Notes: generated by a model not told the origin, from the sequence alone. A stretch of 64,000 bases of DNA from Nitriliruptoraceae bacterium (GCA_041685735.1 JAWLFE010000007.1:1397-65396); one strand, 5' to 3'. Numbered from the stretch's first letter, positions 43,067-54,522 are shown. Made by a program: numbers and translations.

Positions 43067-43440
43067 TCCTCTCGAGGCCAGGCAGCCGCGCAGCTACCAA
43101 CCCGTGCTCGTGGTGCATCACCGGCAGTGGCAGGCAGATGCATGTGGTGGACCCGCGTGCGACGTTCGGTTCCGGAGGTCGGTCCCGGCCCGGGCGTGCG
43201 AGGATCTTGCGGGGCGCGAACGGACCGCGGATCGCGGCCCATGTACCTGACAAGGTACGGAGCGCGCACGGAGGCGGCAACACCGGAGCCCGCTCCGCGC
43301 GCCTGACAGGCCGCCCGACGCCGATCCCGCGGCGGCCGGGAACCCCGGGGCTACGCTCGCGATCGGGTCCGGGGGACGCTCGATCCACCGGGGGTGCGGG
43401 AGCGCTCCGACGGCCACAGGGACCACGGGGAGGGTGCTCC

Positions 43441-44601
43441 ATGGAACACGTCTACACCGTTCCGGTCGCGACGACGGGCTGGGAACTGGCCGATGTCGGC
43501 GCCACGGTCGCGTTCGACTGGGAGTACGACGGCGGCCGGCAGCGGATGCTCAACCTGTACCAGAAGGGCAAGGACAAGCAGTGGGACGCCACCCACCGCA
43601 TCGACTGGTCCCCGACCATCGATCCGACCGACCAGGGGATGCTGCCCGACGAGGTCGTGCCGATCTTCGGTTCCGACACCTGGAGCCGGCTGTCGCGGGC
43701 GGACAAGGACACCGTGCGGCACCACTACCTCGCCTGGACCAACTCGCAGTTCCTCCACGGCGAGCAGGGTGCGCTGATCTGCTCGGCGAAGATCGTGTCG
43801 ACCGTCCCGGAGATCGACAGCAAGTTCTACGCGGCGACCCAGACGATGGACGAGGCCCGCCACGTCGAGACCTACGCGCGCTACCTGACCGACAAGCTCC
43901 AGCTCGCCTACCCGATCAACGACGCGCTGCGCTCCCTGCTCGACCAGACCATCAGCGACCCCCGGTGGGACTTCACCTACCTCGGCATGCAGGTGATGAT
44001 CGAGGGTGTCGCGCTCGCTGCGTTCTCGATGATCCGGGATTACACGACCGACCCGCTCGCCCGGTCGATCAACGCCTACGTGATGCAGGACGAGGCCCGC
44101 CACATCGCGTTCGGCCGGCTGGCACTGAAGGACGCCTACGCGGAACTGACCGAGCCGGAACGACGCGAACGTGAGGAGTTCGTGATCGAGGCCTCCGAGC
44201 TGCTGCGTGACCGGTTCCTCGCGCGGGAGGTCTGGGAGAACCTGGGGTTCGACGCCGATGCGCTGTGCGCCTACGTGGACCAGCACCAGATGATGACCGA
44301 GTTCCGCAAGGCCCTGTTCAGCCGGGTCGTGCCGACGGTCAAGGACATCGGGTTGTGGGGCGACGAGGTCCAGCGCACGTTCGAGCGCATGGGCGTCCTC
44401 GGGTTCCAGGACCTCGACATCGAGGAACTGTCCGACAACGACGAGCGCATCGCCGGGGAGATGGAGGAACTGTTGGCGGCGCGAGCGGCGGGCCGGCCGG
44501 TCGCCACGACCGGCTCACGCGCGGCGGAGATGGCCGCCACGATCGCCGCCGGCGACGACGCTCCGTCCGACGGTGCGCAGGGATCGGACGCGACGAGCTA
44601 G
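43441..44601 (+). CDS. Ferritin-like di-iron carboxylate protein (AurF-like oxygenase family)
   Basis: ATG at 43441. Two E..H motifs (MDEARHVETY and QDEARHIAFG) sit in a helical bundle context. The upstream part of the listed ORF is antisense to the S1 gene. Confidence 0.75.
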   Translation: MEHVYTVPVATTGWELADVGATVAFDWEYDGGRQRMLNLYQKGKDKQWDATHRIDWSPTIDPTDQGMLPDEVVPIFGSDTWSRLSRADKDTVRHHYLAWTNSQFLHGEQGALICSAKIVSTVPEIDSKFYAATQTMDEARHVETYARYLTDKLQLAYPINDALRSLLDQTISDPRWDFTYLGMQVMIEGVALAAFSMIRDYTTDPLARSINAYVMQDEARHIAFGRLALKDAYAELTEPERREREEFVIEASELLRDRFLAREVWENLGFDADALCAYVDQHQMMTEFRKALFSRVVPTVKDIGLWGDEVQRTFERMGVLGFQDLDIEELSDNDERIAGEMEELLAARAAGRPVATTGSRAAEMAATIAAGDDAPSDGAQGSDATS

Positions 44602-45155
44602 TTCGGATCCGAACCGCCGAAGATGGCCTGGACCCGGACCCAGGCCCGCTCGTACCACGCGGGCGGTGCCGGCTCTGGGTCGGCGCGCGAGGTGGTCATC
44701 CGGGGGCGATCGACCTCCGGGGGGACGAGCGCGTACGGGACCTCGCCAGGCCGGATGAACCCCTGCTGTTCGCGGGCCAGCAGCTCGATGGTCTCCTCGT
44801 CCTGGAGGTCGTCCACCCGCTGCTGCATCCGGGTGTTCTCCTCCTCCAGGATGTCGGCCTGCATCTGCAGGACCTCGACCCGCCCACGTGCATCGAGGTA
44901 GTTCTGCGTCGGCCCGGACACCAGGACGATCGCCAGGCCGACCGTGACCAGCAACGCGACGACCAACGGTTTGTCGCCGCTGGTCGCCGCGGTCATGGCA
45001 CGTCGCGCCGCAAGGACGCCCGACCGCACCCCGCCCGCGGCACGCTGGAGAACGACCGGGCCACGGCCCGCGCCACCTCGACGTCGCCGCTTCCCGGCCG
45101 TACGGACCTCCCGCCGCTGGTCGCGGCGATCGGTCAGGCGGGTCGGACCGGGCAT
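44598..45155 (-). CDS. ftsB: Septum formation initiator FtsB/DivIC-like protein
   Basis: I trimmed the listed ORF to the ATG at 45155, which has an AGGAG RBS. A basic N-terminus is followed by TM helix PLVVALLVTVGLAIVLV and a coiled coil (LQMQADILEEENTRMQQRVDDLQDEETIELLAREQ). Located downstream of eno. Confidence 0.75.
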   Translation of the reverse strand: MPGPTRLTDRRDQRREVRTAGKRRRRGGAGRGPVVLQRAAGGVRSGVLAARRAMTAATSGDKPLVVALLVTVGLAIVLVSGPTQNYLDARGRVEVLQMQADILEEENTRMQQRVDDLQDEETIELLAREQQGFIRPGEVPYALVPPEVDRPRMTTSRADPEPAPPAWYERAWVRVQAIFGGSDPN

Positions 45156-45165
45156 GTGGGAACTC

Positions 45166-46497
<1,332 letters not shown>

Positions 46498-46520
46498 TCA
46501 CGCTGGGCGTTCCGCACGTG

Positions 46521-46550
46521 ACCCTACGCCACAACCATGCGGTTTGACAA
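46521..46550 (-). promoter_or_regulatory. Putative sigma70-type promoter for eno
   Basis: On the minus strand: TTGTCA, an 18-nt spacer, then TAGGGT (fits TANNNT). It lies in the only locally AT-richer stretch upstream of eno. This is motif reading only. Confidence 0.3.
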
Positions 46551-46587
46551 CAACTTCAACATCTACAACATCACTCGTGCCGGCGAC

Positions 46588-47049
46588 TCAGTCCGTGAGC
46601 CGCCAGACCTGTCGCACCGCCGCCCCGACCCCGATCCCGAGGCCCGTCCCGATGACCGCACCCTTGAGGCGGGAGGGCAGGACGGTCGCGCCGAGCACGC
46701 CGCCGAGCACGGCGCCGGCCGCGACCACGACGGTGTCGGTCGGGAACGGCGCCCGATCGTGGTTCCAGGTGGCGATCTCGGCGGCATCGGCACCGACATC
46801 CCAGCCGGCCAGGACGTCGCCATCGTCGCGGACCTGCTCGGGGGCGAGGTCCGGCGGGCGCACGCTGGCATCGTCGCCACGAGCCTCGGCCGTGGGGGGC
46901 GTCCCGACAGGATCGGTGGCGCCGACCCCGAACATCTCCCCGGTCAGCGTCGCCGCACAGCGTGGACACGGTTGGTCGCCGTCAGCCAGGCTCTGCACCA
47001 GGTCGTTCTTCAGGAACCGGCCACAGGCCGGGCACTGCTGCGGGGCCAC
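46588..47049 (-). CDS. Zinc-ribbon protein with a C-terminal glycine-zipper membrane segment
   Basis: I trimmed the listed ORF to the GTG at 47049, which has GGAGGA 5 nt upstream. The upstream part overlaps mazG. Motif CPACG...CPRCAATL. C-terminus VVVAAGAVLGGVLGATVL...GAVIGTGLGIGVGAAV. Confidence 0.6.
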   Translation of the reverse strand: MAPQQCPACGRFLKNDLVQSLADGDQPCPRCAATLTGEMFGVGATDPVGTPPTAEARGDDASVRPPDLAPEQVRDDGDVLAGWDVGADAAEIATWNHDRAPFPTDTVVVAAGAVLGGVLGATVLPSRLKGAVIGTGLGIGVGAAVRQVWRLTD

Positions 47050-47113
47050 CGGTGTCCTCCAAGTCTCGTCTGCGGCGAGGTTAGTGCGCTCTGAGCGCGC
47101 CGGGGAGGCACCG

Positions 47114-48268
47114 TCAGCCGCCGTGGTCGGCCGCCTCCCAGAGTTCGAGAACGGTCGCACGATCGACATCCTGCGGATCGATGCCGCGGGAATCGGCGAG
47201 CCGCAACACCTGCTCGACGCGGCGGCGGAAGGTGGTCGCGGCGCGACGAGCCGCAGCCTCCGGGTCGACCCCGAGCGATGCCGCGAGGGACACGACCGCG
47301 CCGATCAACGCACCGAGTGCCTCCTCGCGATCCTCGTCGCTCTGTGCCTCATCCGTCTCGGTGAGGTGCTGCAGGATCGATGCCGCCGGCGCGTCGGTCT
47401 GCGGCGCCGCGACACCGCGCTTGCCCGCCTTGCGCTGCACCGTCTCCACCAGCATGAGGCCGGCCATCGCGTCGGGGACCCCCTCGAACGGGCCCGTGCG
47501 TCCCTTCTCCCGGGCCTTCTGCTGGTCCCAGGTGGCCTGGACATCGTCGGCGGTGGCAGCGTCACCATCGGCGAAGACGTGCGGATGCCTCCGGACCAGC
47601 TTGTCGGTGATGCCGCGGGCGACGTCGTCGATCCCGAACGCGCGACGATCCTGCGCGACCTGCGCGTGGAACACGACCTGCAGCAGGACATCGCCCAACT
47701 CCTCGACCAGATCGACGTCCTGCTCCCGCTCGATCGCGTCGACCAGTTCGTAGGTCTCCTCGAGCAGGTAGCGCACCAACGTGGCGTGGTCCTGCTCCAG
47801 GTCCCAGGGACAGCCCGTCTGCGGGTCCCGGAGCTGGCGCATCACCTCGACGAGGCGCAGCAGTTCGGTCCCGGCCGGGATGGGGGCGAGGAAGACCAGT
47901 TCGATCTCGACGTCGGGCTCGGCGCTCATGCCGGCCAACGCCTTGGCGAGCCCGTCGTCCTCCGGTCCGAGCAGGAACACCGGAGCACCCTCACCGAGCG
48001 CGCGCTCCAGCAGCGCCTTGGCCAACCGACGGTCGTCCGCGGACCCCGGCCGGGTCAGGTCGAGGTCGCCCCGACCGAGCGGCGCGGGCTCGACGGTCAC
48101 GAGGTCCAGGCCGGCTGCGTACAGGTAGGGCGTGCTCGGGTGGCGCTCACGGTCGCGGACGAGGACCTCGTCAGCGAGAGCCAGGGCGTCCCAGGCCTGG
48201 AACGGCAGCAGCCCGGGCAGGGCCGCCGACGTCTCGACCAGGACGATCCGACGCTGGGATGCGGGCAT
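47114..48268 (-). CDS. mazG: MazG-family nucleoside triphosphate pyrophosphohydrolase with an N-terminal methylase-like domain
   Basis: CPWDLEQDHATLVRYLLEETYELVDAIE...ELGDVLLQVVFHAQ. A second MazG repeat is also present. Confidence 0.85.
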   Translation of the reverse strand: MPASQRRIVLVETSAALPGLLPFQAWDALALADEVLVRDRERHPSTPYLYAAGLDLVTVEPAPLGRGDLDLTRPGSADDRRLAKALLERALGEGAPVFLLGPEDDGLAKALAGMSAEPDVEIELVFLAPIPAGTELLRLVEVMRQLRDPQTGCPWDLEQDHATLVRYLLEETYELVDAIEREQDVDLVEELGDVLLQVVFHAQVAQDRRAFGIDDVARGITDKLVRRHPHVFADGDAATADDVQATWDQQKAREKGRTGPFEGVPDAMAGLMLVETVQRKAGKRGVAAPQTDAPAASILQHLTETDEAQSDEDREEALGALIGAVVSLAASLGVDPEAAARRAATTFRRRVEQVLRLADSRGIDPQDVDRATVLELWEAADHGG

Positions 48269-48274
48269 CGTCCG

Positions 48275-49204
48275 CTAGTCGCCGGAGCCGGCGGGCGCCT
48301 CGTCGACGACCTCACCGAGCTCGCTGTCCCAGGCACCGAACGCCGGATCGACCTCGACGTCCGCCTCACCGAACGAGGTCTGCAACAGCTCCGTCAGCTG
48401 GGCATCGAGCGCCTGGCCCTGCGTCCCCGGATCCTGGTCCTCGCCGGACAGGACCGATTCGTCGGTCACCTCGATGATGTGGAACCCGAACTCGGTCTCC
48501 ACCGGGCCGACCACGACGTTGAGGTCGGACTCCCACACCGCTTCCTCGAATCCCTCGACGTAGGAGCCGCGCGGTGCCGGCCCGAGGTCACCACCCTGTG
48601 CCCCGCTGCCGGGATCCTGGGAACGTTCCTCGGCGAGCTCTGCGAAGTCCGCCCCGTCGTCCAGGAGGTCGACGATCTCCTGGGCCTCATCCGCATCGTC
48701 GACCAGGATGTGGCGGGCGGTGCGGACCTCGGTATCGGGGAGGTCCGCCTGCAGCGATGCCCGGATGGCCTCCACCCGCTGCTGGGCCGGGAGCAGCACG
48801 TCCCGGTAGACCTCCAGGGTGAGCTGGGACTGCGCCAACACCTCGGCGAACCCGTCGTCGCCGCCGAGCTCGGCCGTGTCGGCTTCGATCTGCTCCGCGA
48901 TGGCCTGGTCGTCGATCTCGATGCCGCGCTCGTCTGCCACCTCGCGGATGATCTCCGCCTGGATGAACAGGCTGAGCAGTTGCCGCTGGATCGGTGCGAC
49001 GACGTCGGTCCGCGCTTCCGCGTCCGCCCCGTCGATGCTGCCCGTCCGATCCGTGATGTCAGCCACGGCCTCCTCGAGCTGGGACCGGGGGATCTCGGTG
49101 CCGTCCACCGTCGCAGCGGCGGACGCCGGCACGTCCGAGGAACATCCCACCAGGATGAGCACGAGGATGGACAGGGCCGCGACCGCGCGGCGTGGTGTAC
49201 GCAC
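48275..49204 (-). CDS. Parvulin-type peptidyl-prolyl isomerase lipoprotein (PrsA/SurA-like)
   Basis: Signal peptide plus lipobox ALSILVLILVGCS. Parvulin core: RTARHILVDDADEAQEIV...DPGSGAQGGDLG...GFHIIEV. Confidence 0.8.
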   Translation of the reverse strand: MRTPRRAVAALSILVLILVGCSSDVPASAAATVDGTEIPRSQLEEAVADITDRTGSIDGADAEARTDVVAPIQRQLLSLFIQAEIIREVADERGIEIDDQAIAEQIEADTAELGGDDGFAEVLAQSQLTLEVYRDVLLPAQQRVEAIRASLQADLPDTEVRTARHILVDDADEAQEIVDLLDDGADFAELAEERSQDPGSGAQGGDLGPAPRGSYVEGFEEAVWESDLNVVVGPVETEFGFHIIEVTDESVLSGEDQDPGTQGQALDAQLTELLQTSFGEADVEVDPAFGAWDSELGEVVDEAPAGSGD

Positions 49205-49322
49205 AAGGGCTCCGAGGCGTCAAGGGAGCGGAGGGAGTCGGCACCCGGACCGGGTCGGCGACGGTAGGAGTCTAGCCAGCGGGTGTCGCCGCCCGATCGC
49301 TCGCCCCGACCACCGCGTCGCC

Positions 49323-49799
49323 ATGGTGTCGCGCCATTCCGAGAACGTGCCCTACCCTGGCGGCATGGCTACCGACATCCACGCAACCGTCGACGAGCAA
49401 CTCCGTCGGACGCGCCAGCGGTACACGCTGGGGCGGCGACAGCTCGTCGAGCTCCTGCAGGCCGCCGAACGACCGGTGACGATCCCGGAGCTGATGGACC
49501 GCGGCGCCACGCAGTCGCAGAGTTCGCTGTACCGCAACCTCGCGATCCTCGAACAGTGCGGCGCCGTCCACCGTCTCGCGTCCACCGATGATGTCGCACG
49601 CTACGAGCTCACCGAGGAACTCTCGGAACACCACCACCACCTGGTCTGTTCCGCCTGCGGTCGTCTGGACGACGTGGTGCTCCCACCGACGATCGAGAAA
49701 GCCCTGGCCAGCGCCGCGGAGGAAGCCCGCGTCCAGCAGAACTTCACGGTGGATTCGCACCGGTTCGAACTGGTCGGCACCTGCGAGACCTGCACCTGA
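49323..49799 (+). CDS. Fur-family metalloregulator (possibly Zur)
   Basis: RYTLGRRQLVELLQAAERPVTIPEL...SLYRNLAILEQCGAVHRL...HHHHLVCSACGRLDDV...CETC. The start is either 49323 or 49365. Confidence 0.8.
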   Translation: MVSRHSENVPYPGGMATDIHATVDEQLRRTRQRYTLGRRQLVELLQAAERPVTIPELMDRGATQSQSSLYRNLAILEQCGAVHRLASTDDVARYELTEELSEHHHHLVCSACGRLDDVVLPPTIEKALASAAEEARVQQNFTVDSHRFELVGTCETCT

Positions 49800-49877
49800 T
49801 CGTGGTCGGAGCGGCGCCTCGCCGCCATCGGTGAGCCCACAGCCGACCACCTCCAGCCTCAGGTCGGCCCGGGGACG

Positions 49878-50963
49878 TCAGTGCAGCAGCGCGCACCGGA
49901 TGCTGGCCCGCTCGAGTTCCGCGCTGGGGAACTCGATGTCGCGGCGCTCGGTGAACAGCTGCCAGTACACCGCGTTGATGAGCTGCGCGACGGCTGCGTA
50001 GCGACGCACGATGGCCTCGGCCGCAGGTGGCAGGCCACCAGGCCCTCGCACCGATGCGTGTTCCGCGATGTAGGCGTCGCGCGCCGGGACGTCGGTGATG
50101 CCCGTGAGCTCGGTCACCAGGAGGTTGATGAACCTCGTGACCGTGTAGGCAGGGTCGTGCAGTCGGTGCTGCTCCAGGAAGCGCAGCTCACCGTCGTCGA
50201 GGGCGAAGTCGCGGGCGGTCGCCAGACCGAAGTCGCTGACGATCACCTGGCGGCCGTCGGTGAGCAGGTTGGCGAGGTGCCCATCGAAGTGGAACAGCCC
50301 GTGCTGGTTCATCCAGACCACCGGGGCGAGCAGGGTGTCAGCGACCATCTGCATCGCCGCGACGGCAGCCGCACCGCCGGCGTGGAGACGAACGCGAAGC
50401 CAGGTGTCGAGCTGCTGCGGCAGGTACTCCAGGAACAGCACGAGCGCTGTTGTCGATGAACGGATGGCGGCCAGTCGGCGCGCAACACCCTCGGCTCCGT
50501 GCCAGTAGGCCACGGCTCCATCGAGGTCGGCGTGCTCGGGCGCAGGTGGCGGAGGTTCGCCCGGCAGCAGCCGCCAGTGGTAGAGCAGCGGGAACCCGGA
50601 CGCATCCCCGTCGAGGACCCACCTCGTCGCCCGCTCGAGCGCTTCGAGCTCCCGCCACGCGTTGACCCCGGGGGACCCCACGTTGTACTGGCAGTAGGTC
50701 GGCAACCCGAAGTGGTTGACGGTCGATCGCAGGTTGGCTGCGCGCGTCTCCACCTCGGCCAACGACACCGCCTTCACGAACACGGTGGTTCCGCCCACGA
50801 CGACGTGGCGTGTCCTCCCACCGATCCCCGTGCCGACCTCACGCGCGCCGTGCAGCAGATCGGTCAGCTCAGCGTCGTCGAGGGCGGCCAGCAGCGCATG
50901 CACCCTCGACCACGTCGACCCACGCTCGGCATCCACGGACGACATCGATCCACCCTCTCGCAA
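49878..50963 (-). CDS. Protein-kinase-like / aminoglycoside-phosphotransferase-fold protein
   Basis: HGLFHFDGHLANLLTDGRQVIVSDFGLA resembles the catalytic loop plus DFG-like motif of kinase-fold phosphotransferases. Confidence 0.6.
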   Translation of the reverse strand: MREGGSMSSVDAERGSTWSRVHALLAALDDAELTDLLHGAREVGTGIGGRTRHVVVGGTTVFVKAVSLAEVETRAANLRSTVNHFGLPTYCQYNVGSPGVNAWRELEALERATRWVLDGDASGFPLLYHWRLLPGEPPPPAPEHADLDGAVAYWHGAEGVARRLAAIRSSTTALVLFLEYLPQQLDTWLRVRLHAGGAAAVAAMQMVADTLLAPVVWMNQHGLFHFDGHLANLLTDGRQVIVSDFGLATARDFALDDGELRFLEQHRLHDPAYTVTRFINLLVTELTGITDVPARDAYIAEHASVRGPGGLPPAAEAIVRRYAAVAQLINAVYWQLFTERRDIEFPSAELERASIRCALLH

Positions 50964-51006
50964 CGCTCGATGCGCATCATCACCGACCCGCCACCCAGCG
51001 CCGAAC

Positions 51007-51879
51007 TCAACCCGCCGTGACCAGAGAGCGACCCCGGCGGTAGCGCTGCGCGCCGGACCGGACCTCCTTGAGTGCGAGGGTCAGGAAGAAGGCCACGACG
51101 GTCAGCCCGGCGATGGTCGGCGCCGTGGCCGTCCCCGCGTGGAAGCTGATCAGCAGGCCGGCGAGGACGCCGATCGCGCCGATCGCCATCGACACCACCA
51201 TCATGATGGGGACCCGACGCGACACCAGCGCTGCCGTCGCCGGTGGCGCCACGATGAAGGCGAACACCAGCAACGTTCCGACGGTCCGGAACGAGGTGAC
51301 CACGACCAGGGCGACCAGACCGAGCATCGCCAGGTGCGCGAGCTGGGGGTGGAGGCCGAGCACCTGGGCCTTGTCCCGGCTGAAGGACAGCGCCAGGAAC
51401 GGCCGGTACAGCACGATCGTGAGCACGATCGTGACCACGGCGGCGATCGCCGTGGTGCGCAGATCCGACCGCGTCACACCGATCGGGTCGCCGAACAGGA
51501 TCGTCGTCAGGTCACCCGCATAGGCCCCACGCTTCGAGATGATGGCGACCCCCGCCGCCAGCATCCCGACGAACAGCAACCCGATCGCGGTGTCCTCACC
51601 CAGCCGGCTCCTGGCACTGGCCAGCGACACCCCCGCGATCATCACGGCAGCGCTGATCGCACCACCGAGCAGCAACGAGCCCCCGAGGATGAACGCGATC
51701 GCGATGCCCGGGAGGACGCCATGGGCGAGCGCATCGCCCATGAAGGCCATCCCACGCATCACCACCCAGGTGCCGATGAGCGAGCTGGCCACCACGGTCA
51801 GCACCCCCGCCAAGAGCGCGTTGCGCATGAAGGCGAAGGCGAACGGTTCGGTGACCAGCTCGATCAGGGTGGTGATCAC
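51007..51879 (-). CDS. znuB: Metal (Zn/Mn) ABC transporter permease
   Basis: 290 aa, polytopic. Typical ZnuB/MntB-family sequence (FMRNALLAGVL...GDALAHGVLPGIA). It overlaps the binding-protein gene's stop. Confidence 0.85.
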   Translation of the reverse strand: MITTLIELVTEPFAFAFMRNALLAGVLTVVASSLIGTWVVMRGMAFMGDALAHGVLPGIAIAFILGGSLLLGGAISAAVMIAGVSLASARSRLGEDTAIGLLFVGMLAAGVAIISKRGAYAGDLTTILFGDPIGVTRSDLRTTAIAAVVTIVLTIVLYRPFLALSFSRDKAQVLGLHPQLAHLAMLGLVALVVVTSFRTVGTLLVFAFIVAPPATAALVSRRVPIMMVVSMAIGAIGVLAGLLISFHAGTATAPTIAGLTVVAFFLTLALKEVRSGAQRYRRGRSLVTAG

Positions 51880-53102
51880 CGGAGCGCGTCAGCGATCAGC
51901 GTGGCCGTGGTCCGCAGCAAGCCCGGGTAGGTCTCGGCGCCGCTGCCGTCCTCGCCCAGCGCATCGGTGTAGATGCGCACCACCTCGACCTCGAGGTCGC
52001 TGCGACCGATCACCTCGCTGGCGAGCTGGTCGGCGAGCGTCGTGGTGTCGGTGTTCTCCGCGAAGACCGCGGGTACACCGGCGTCCTCGACCGTCTCGAT
52101 GAGCTCCGCGAAGCCGGCTGCGTCCGCCTCTGCCTGCGTGGATGAACCCGGGATCACCGTCGCCAACACCTCGAAGTCGTAGCGGGCGGCAAGGTAGCCA
52201 AGCGCGTCGTGGTTGGTGACGAGCTGCCGGCGCTCGGCCGGGACCGCGGCGAGGATCTCCGCGATCTCCTCGTCGAGTTCCAGCAACTGCGCCGCGTAGT
52301 CCTGCCCGCGACGCTCCCATTCCGCGGCGTCCAGGCGGGTGTCGAGGTCGGCGAGTTCGGCTGCGAGCATCTGGACACCCTCGGCCAGACGGACCGGGTC
52401 GAACCAGACGTGCGGATCCTCGGGGCCGTGATCGTGGTCGTCGTCCTGGTCATCGTGCCCCTGCTCGTCATCGTGACCATCTTCGTCATCGTGACCATCT
52501 TCGTCATCGTGACCGTGCTCATCGTCATGCCCGTGCTCGTCATCGTCACCATGCTCGTCGTCATGGTCTTCGTCGCCGTGGCTGTGCGGCCCATCGAGGT
52601 CGAAGTCGATGGGGTCGAGCTTGTCGGCGAGGGTGAAGACCCGGACGCCCTCTTCCTCAGCGGCATCGAGCGCCGAGAGCAGGGTCTCCTCGAGGTCGAG
52701 GCCGTTGGCGACCACGAGGTCCGCTTCACGCATCATGGCCGCGTCGGAGGCTGATGCCTGGAACCCGTGGGGGTCCGCGCCCGGAGGCATGATCACGTCC
52801 ACCCGGCCGTCGTCGCCGACCAGCGTCGCGACGATGTCGCCGAGGATGCTGGTGGTGACGACTACGTGTGGCCCGTCACCCTCCGCCCCGACGTCCTCGA
52901 CCTCGTCGGGCTCCCCCGGGTCCTCGGCGTCCTCGGTGTCTCCGGTCTCCGCGTCCGCCTCGGACGTTCCGTCCGGCTCGGCCTCATCAGACCCGCTCCC
53001 ACCGTCCCCGCATGCGGCGAGCGCGAAACCGAGCACCGCGATGAGTGCGACGGCCCGCATCGGGAGCGAGGTGGTGGCATGCTTCTGTCTGAACAGGGAC
53101 AT
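51876..53102 (-). CDS. znuA: Metal ABC transporter substrate-binding lipoprotein with a very long His/Asp-rich loop (ZnuA-like)
   Basis: I trimmed the listed ORF to the ATG at 53102. Lipobox LGFALAACG. Cluster-9 SBP core. The loop reads HSHGDEDHDDEHGDDDEHGHDDEHGHDDEDGHDDEDGHDDEQGHDDQDDDHDHGPEDPH. Confidence 0.85.
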   Translation of the reverse strand: MSLFRQKHATTSLPMRAVALIAVLGFALAACGDGGSGSDEAEPDGTSEADAETGDTEDAEDPGEPDEVEDVGAEGDGPHVVVTTSILGDIVATLVGDDGRVDVIMPPGADPHGFQASASDAAMMREADLVVANGLDLEETLLSALDAAEEEGVRVFTLADKLDPIDFDLDGPHSHGDEDHDDEHGDDDEHGHDDEHGHDDEDGHDDEDGHDDEQGHDDQDDDHDHGPEDPHVWFDPVRLAEGVQMLAAELADLDTRLDAAEWERRGQDYAAQLLELDEEIAEILAAVPAERRQLVTNHDALGYLAARYDFEVLATVIPGSSTQAEADAAGFAELIETVEDAGVPAVFAENTDTTTLADQLASEVIGRSDLEVEVVRIYTDALGEDGSGAETYPGLLRTTATLIADALR

Positions 53103-53292
53103 CGGCGAACTCTTCGATCGTGGGTGAACGGGTGGTGACGCATCGTGTCGAGCAGCCATGCTCGTACCAGCCGCTACTGTCCTGCACTCCGCACCGGGGA
53201 GAGTAATGGGAACCGTTCCTGAACCGCCACCCAGAACGTCTCGTACCGCGCGCCAGGCGCCCGATCGGTCCGATGGCGATCGTGACGTCGCT

Positions 53293-54048
53293 GTGCGTCT
53301 CGACCACCTCGACGTCGCCTACGGCCCGATCGAGGCCGTCCGGGATGCGACGGTGGACCTGCACACCGGCAGCGTCGTGGCCATCATCGGCCCGAACGGT
53401 TCCGGCAAATCGACGCTGCTGTCCACGATCTCCGGGCTGGTCACCCCGACGAAGGGGCGGGTGCTGGTGCACGGCCGACCGCCGAAACAGGGACGGCAGC
53501 GTGTCGCGCACGTCCTGCAGTCGACGGTCGCGAACGAGGCGTTGCCACTGACCGTGATCGAGACCGTCCGGATGGGCGCCTATGCGCACACGGGGCTGCA
53601 CCGGCGGCTCTCGCAGCAGGACCGGACGGCGATCGCGGATGCGGTCGAGCGCATGCAACTCGGAGACCTCACGACCCGCCAACTGCACGAACTGTCCGGC
53701 GGCCAACGGCAGCGGGCGTACGTCGCGCAGGGATTGGCGCAACAAGCGGATGTCCTGCTGCTCGACGAACCGATCACCGGCCTGGACCTGGTCACGCAGG
53801 AGACGATCACCTCGGTGATGCAGGCCGAGCGGGAGCGTGGGACCGCCGTGGTCCTGACCACCCACGATGTCGGGACGGCACGGATGGCGGATCAGGTGAT
53901 CCTGATCGCCACCGAGATCGTTGCCGCAGGTCCGCCGGAGGACGTCCTGACCGCCGAGAACCTGGCCGTCGCCTACGGCGGCCACCTCCATGTCCTGGGC
54001 GATGGCAGTGTCGTGCTCGATGACCCCGACCAGCACCGCCTGTCCTGA
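53293..54048 (+). CDS. znuC: Metal ABC transporter ATP-binding protein
   Basis: GPNGSGKSTLL, LSGGQRQRAYVAQGL, LLLDEP. GC3 is poor between 53158 and 53292, so I prefer the GTG at 53293 (RLDHLDVAYGP). The ATG at 53206 is an alternative. Confidence 0.85.
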   Translation: MRLDHLDVAYGPIEAVRDATVDLHTGSVVAIIGPNGSGKSTLLSTISGLVTPTKGRVLVHGRPPKQGRQRVAHVLQSTVANEALPLTVIETVRMGAYAHTGLHRRLSQQDRTAIADAVERMQLGDLTTRQLHELSGGQRQRAYVAQGLAQQADVLLLDEPITGLDLVTQETITSVMQAERERGTAVVLTTHDVGTARMADQVILIATEIVAAGPPEDVLTAENLAVAYGGHLHVLGDGSVVLDDPDQHRLS

Positions 54049-54129
54049 CGATCCCCGCCCCCCGGCATCCCCGACCCTCCCCGTGACCGGTCGCACGTAG
54101 ACTGCCCGTCCCCAGGCGAGGAAGCACAG

Positions 54130-54432
54130 GTGGCGATCACGGAGGCCGACCCGGCTGCGCTCGAGCGCACCACGGAGCTGTTCCGGGCGCTCTCGAACCC
54201 GGCGCGGGTCGCCATCGTGCGCGAACTGGCCTCCGGGGAGCGAGCGGTCCACCAACTCGTGGACGCGCTGGAACTCCCGCAACCACGCGTGTCGGAGCAT
54301 CTGGCGACACTGCGGGCCGCACGCCTCGTCGAGCGCAACCGCAACGGCCGCTCCGTGAGCTACTTCCTGGTGGACAACCACGTCGCCCACATCGTCGAGG
54401 ATGCGATCATCCACGCCGGCGAGGTGGACTGA
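54130..54432 (+). CDS. ArsR/SmtB-family metalloregulator
   Basis: LFRALSNPARVAIVRELASGERAVHQLVDALELPQPRVSEHLATLRAARLVERNRNGRSVSY forms a winged helix-turn-helix. Confidence 0.85.
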   Translation: MAITEADPAALERTTELFRALSNPARVAIVRELASGERAVHQLVDALELPQPRVSEHLATLRAARLVERNRNGRSVSYFLVDNHVAHIVEDAIIHAGEVD

Positions 54433-54522
54433 CCCCCGCCACGCACCCTGCCGTTGCGTATCCCCGTGGCCGGGAGGAGGGCGGCATCGTCGCCCGCCTC
54501 ACCGCGATCCAGGTAATATATC

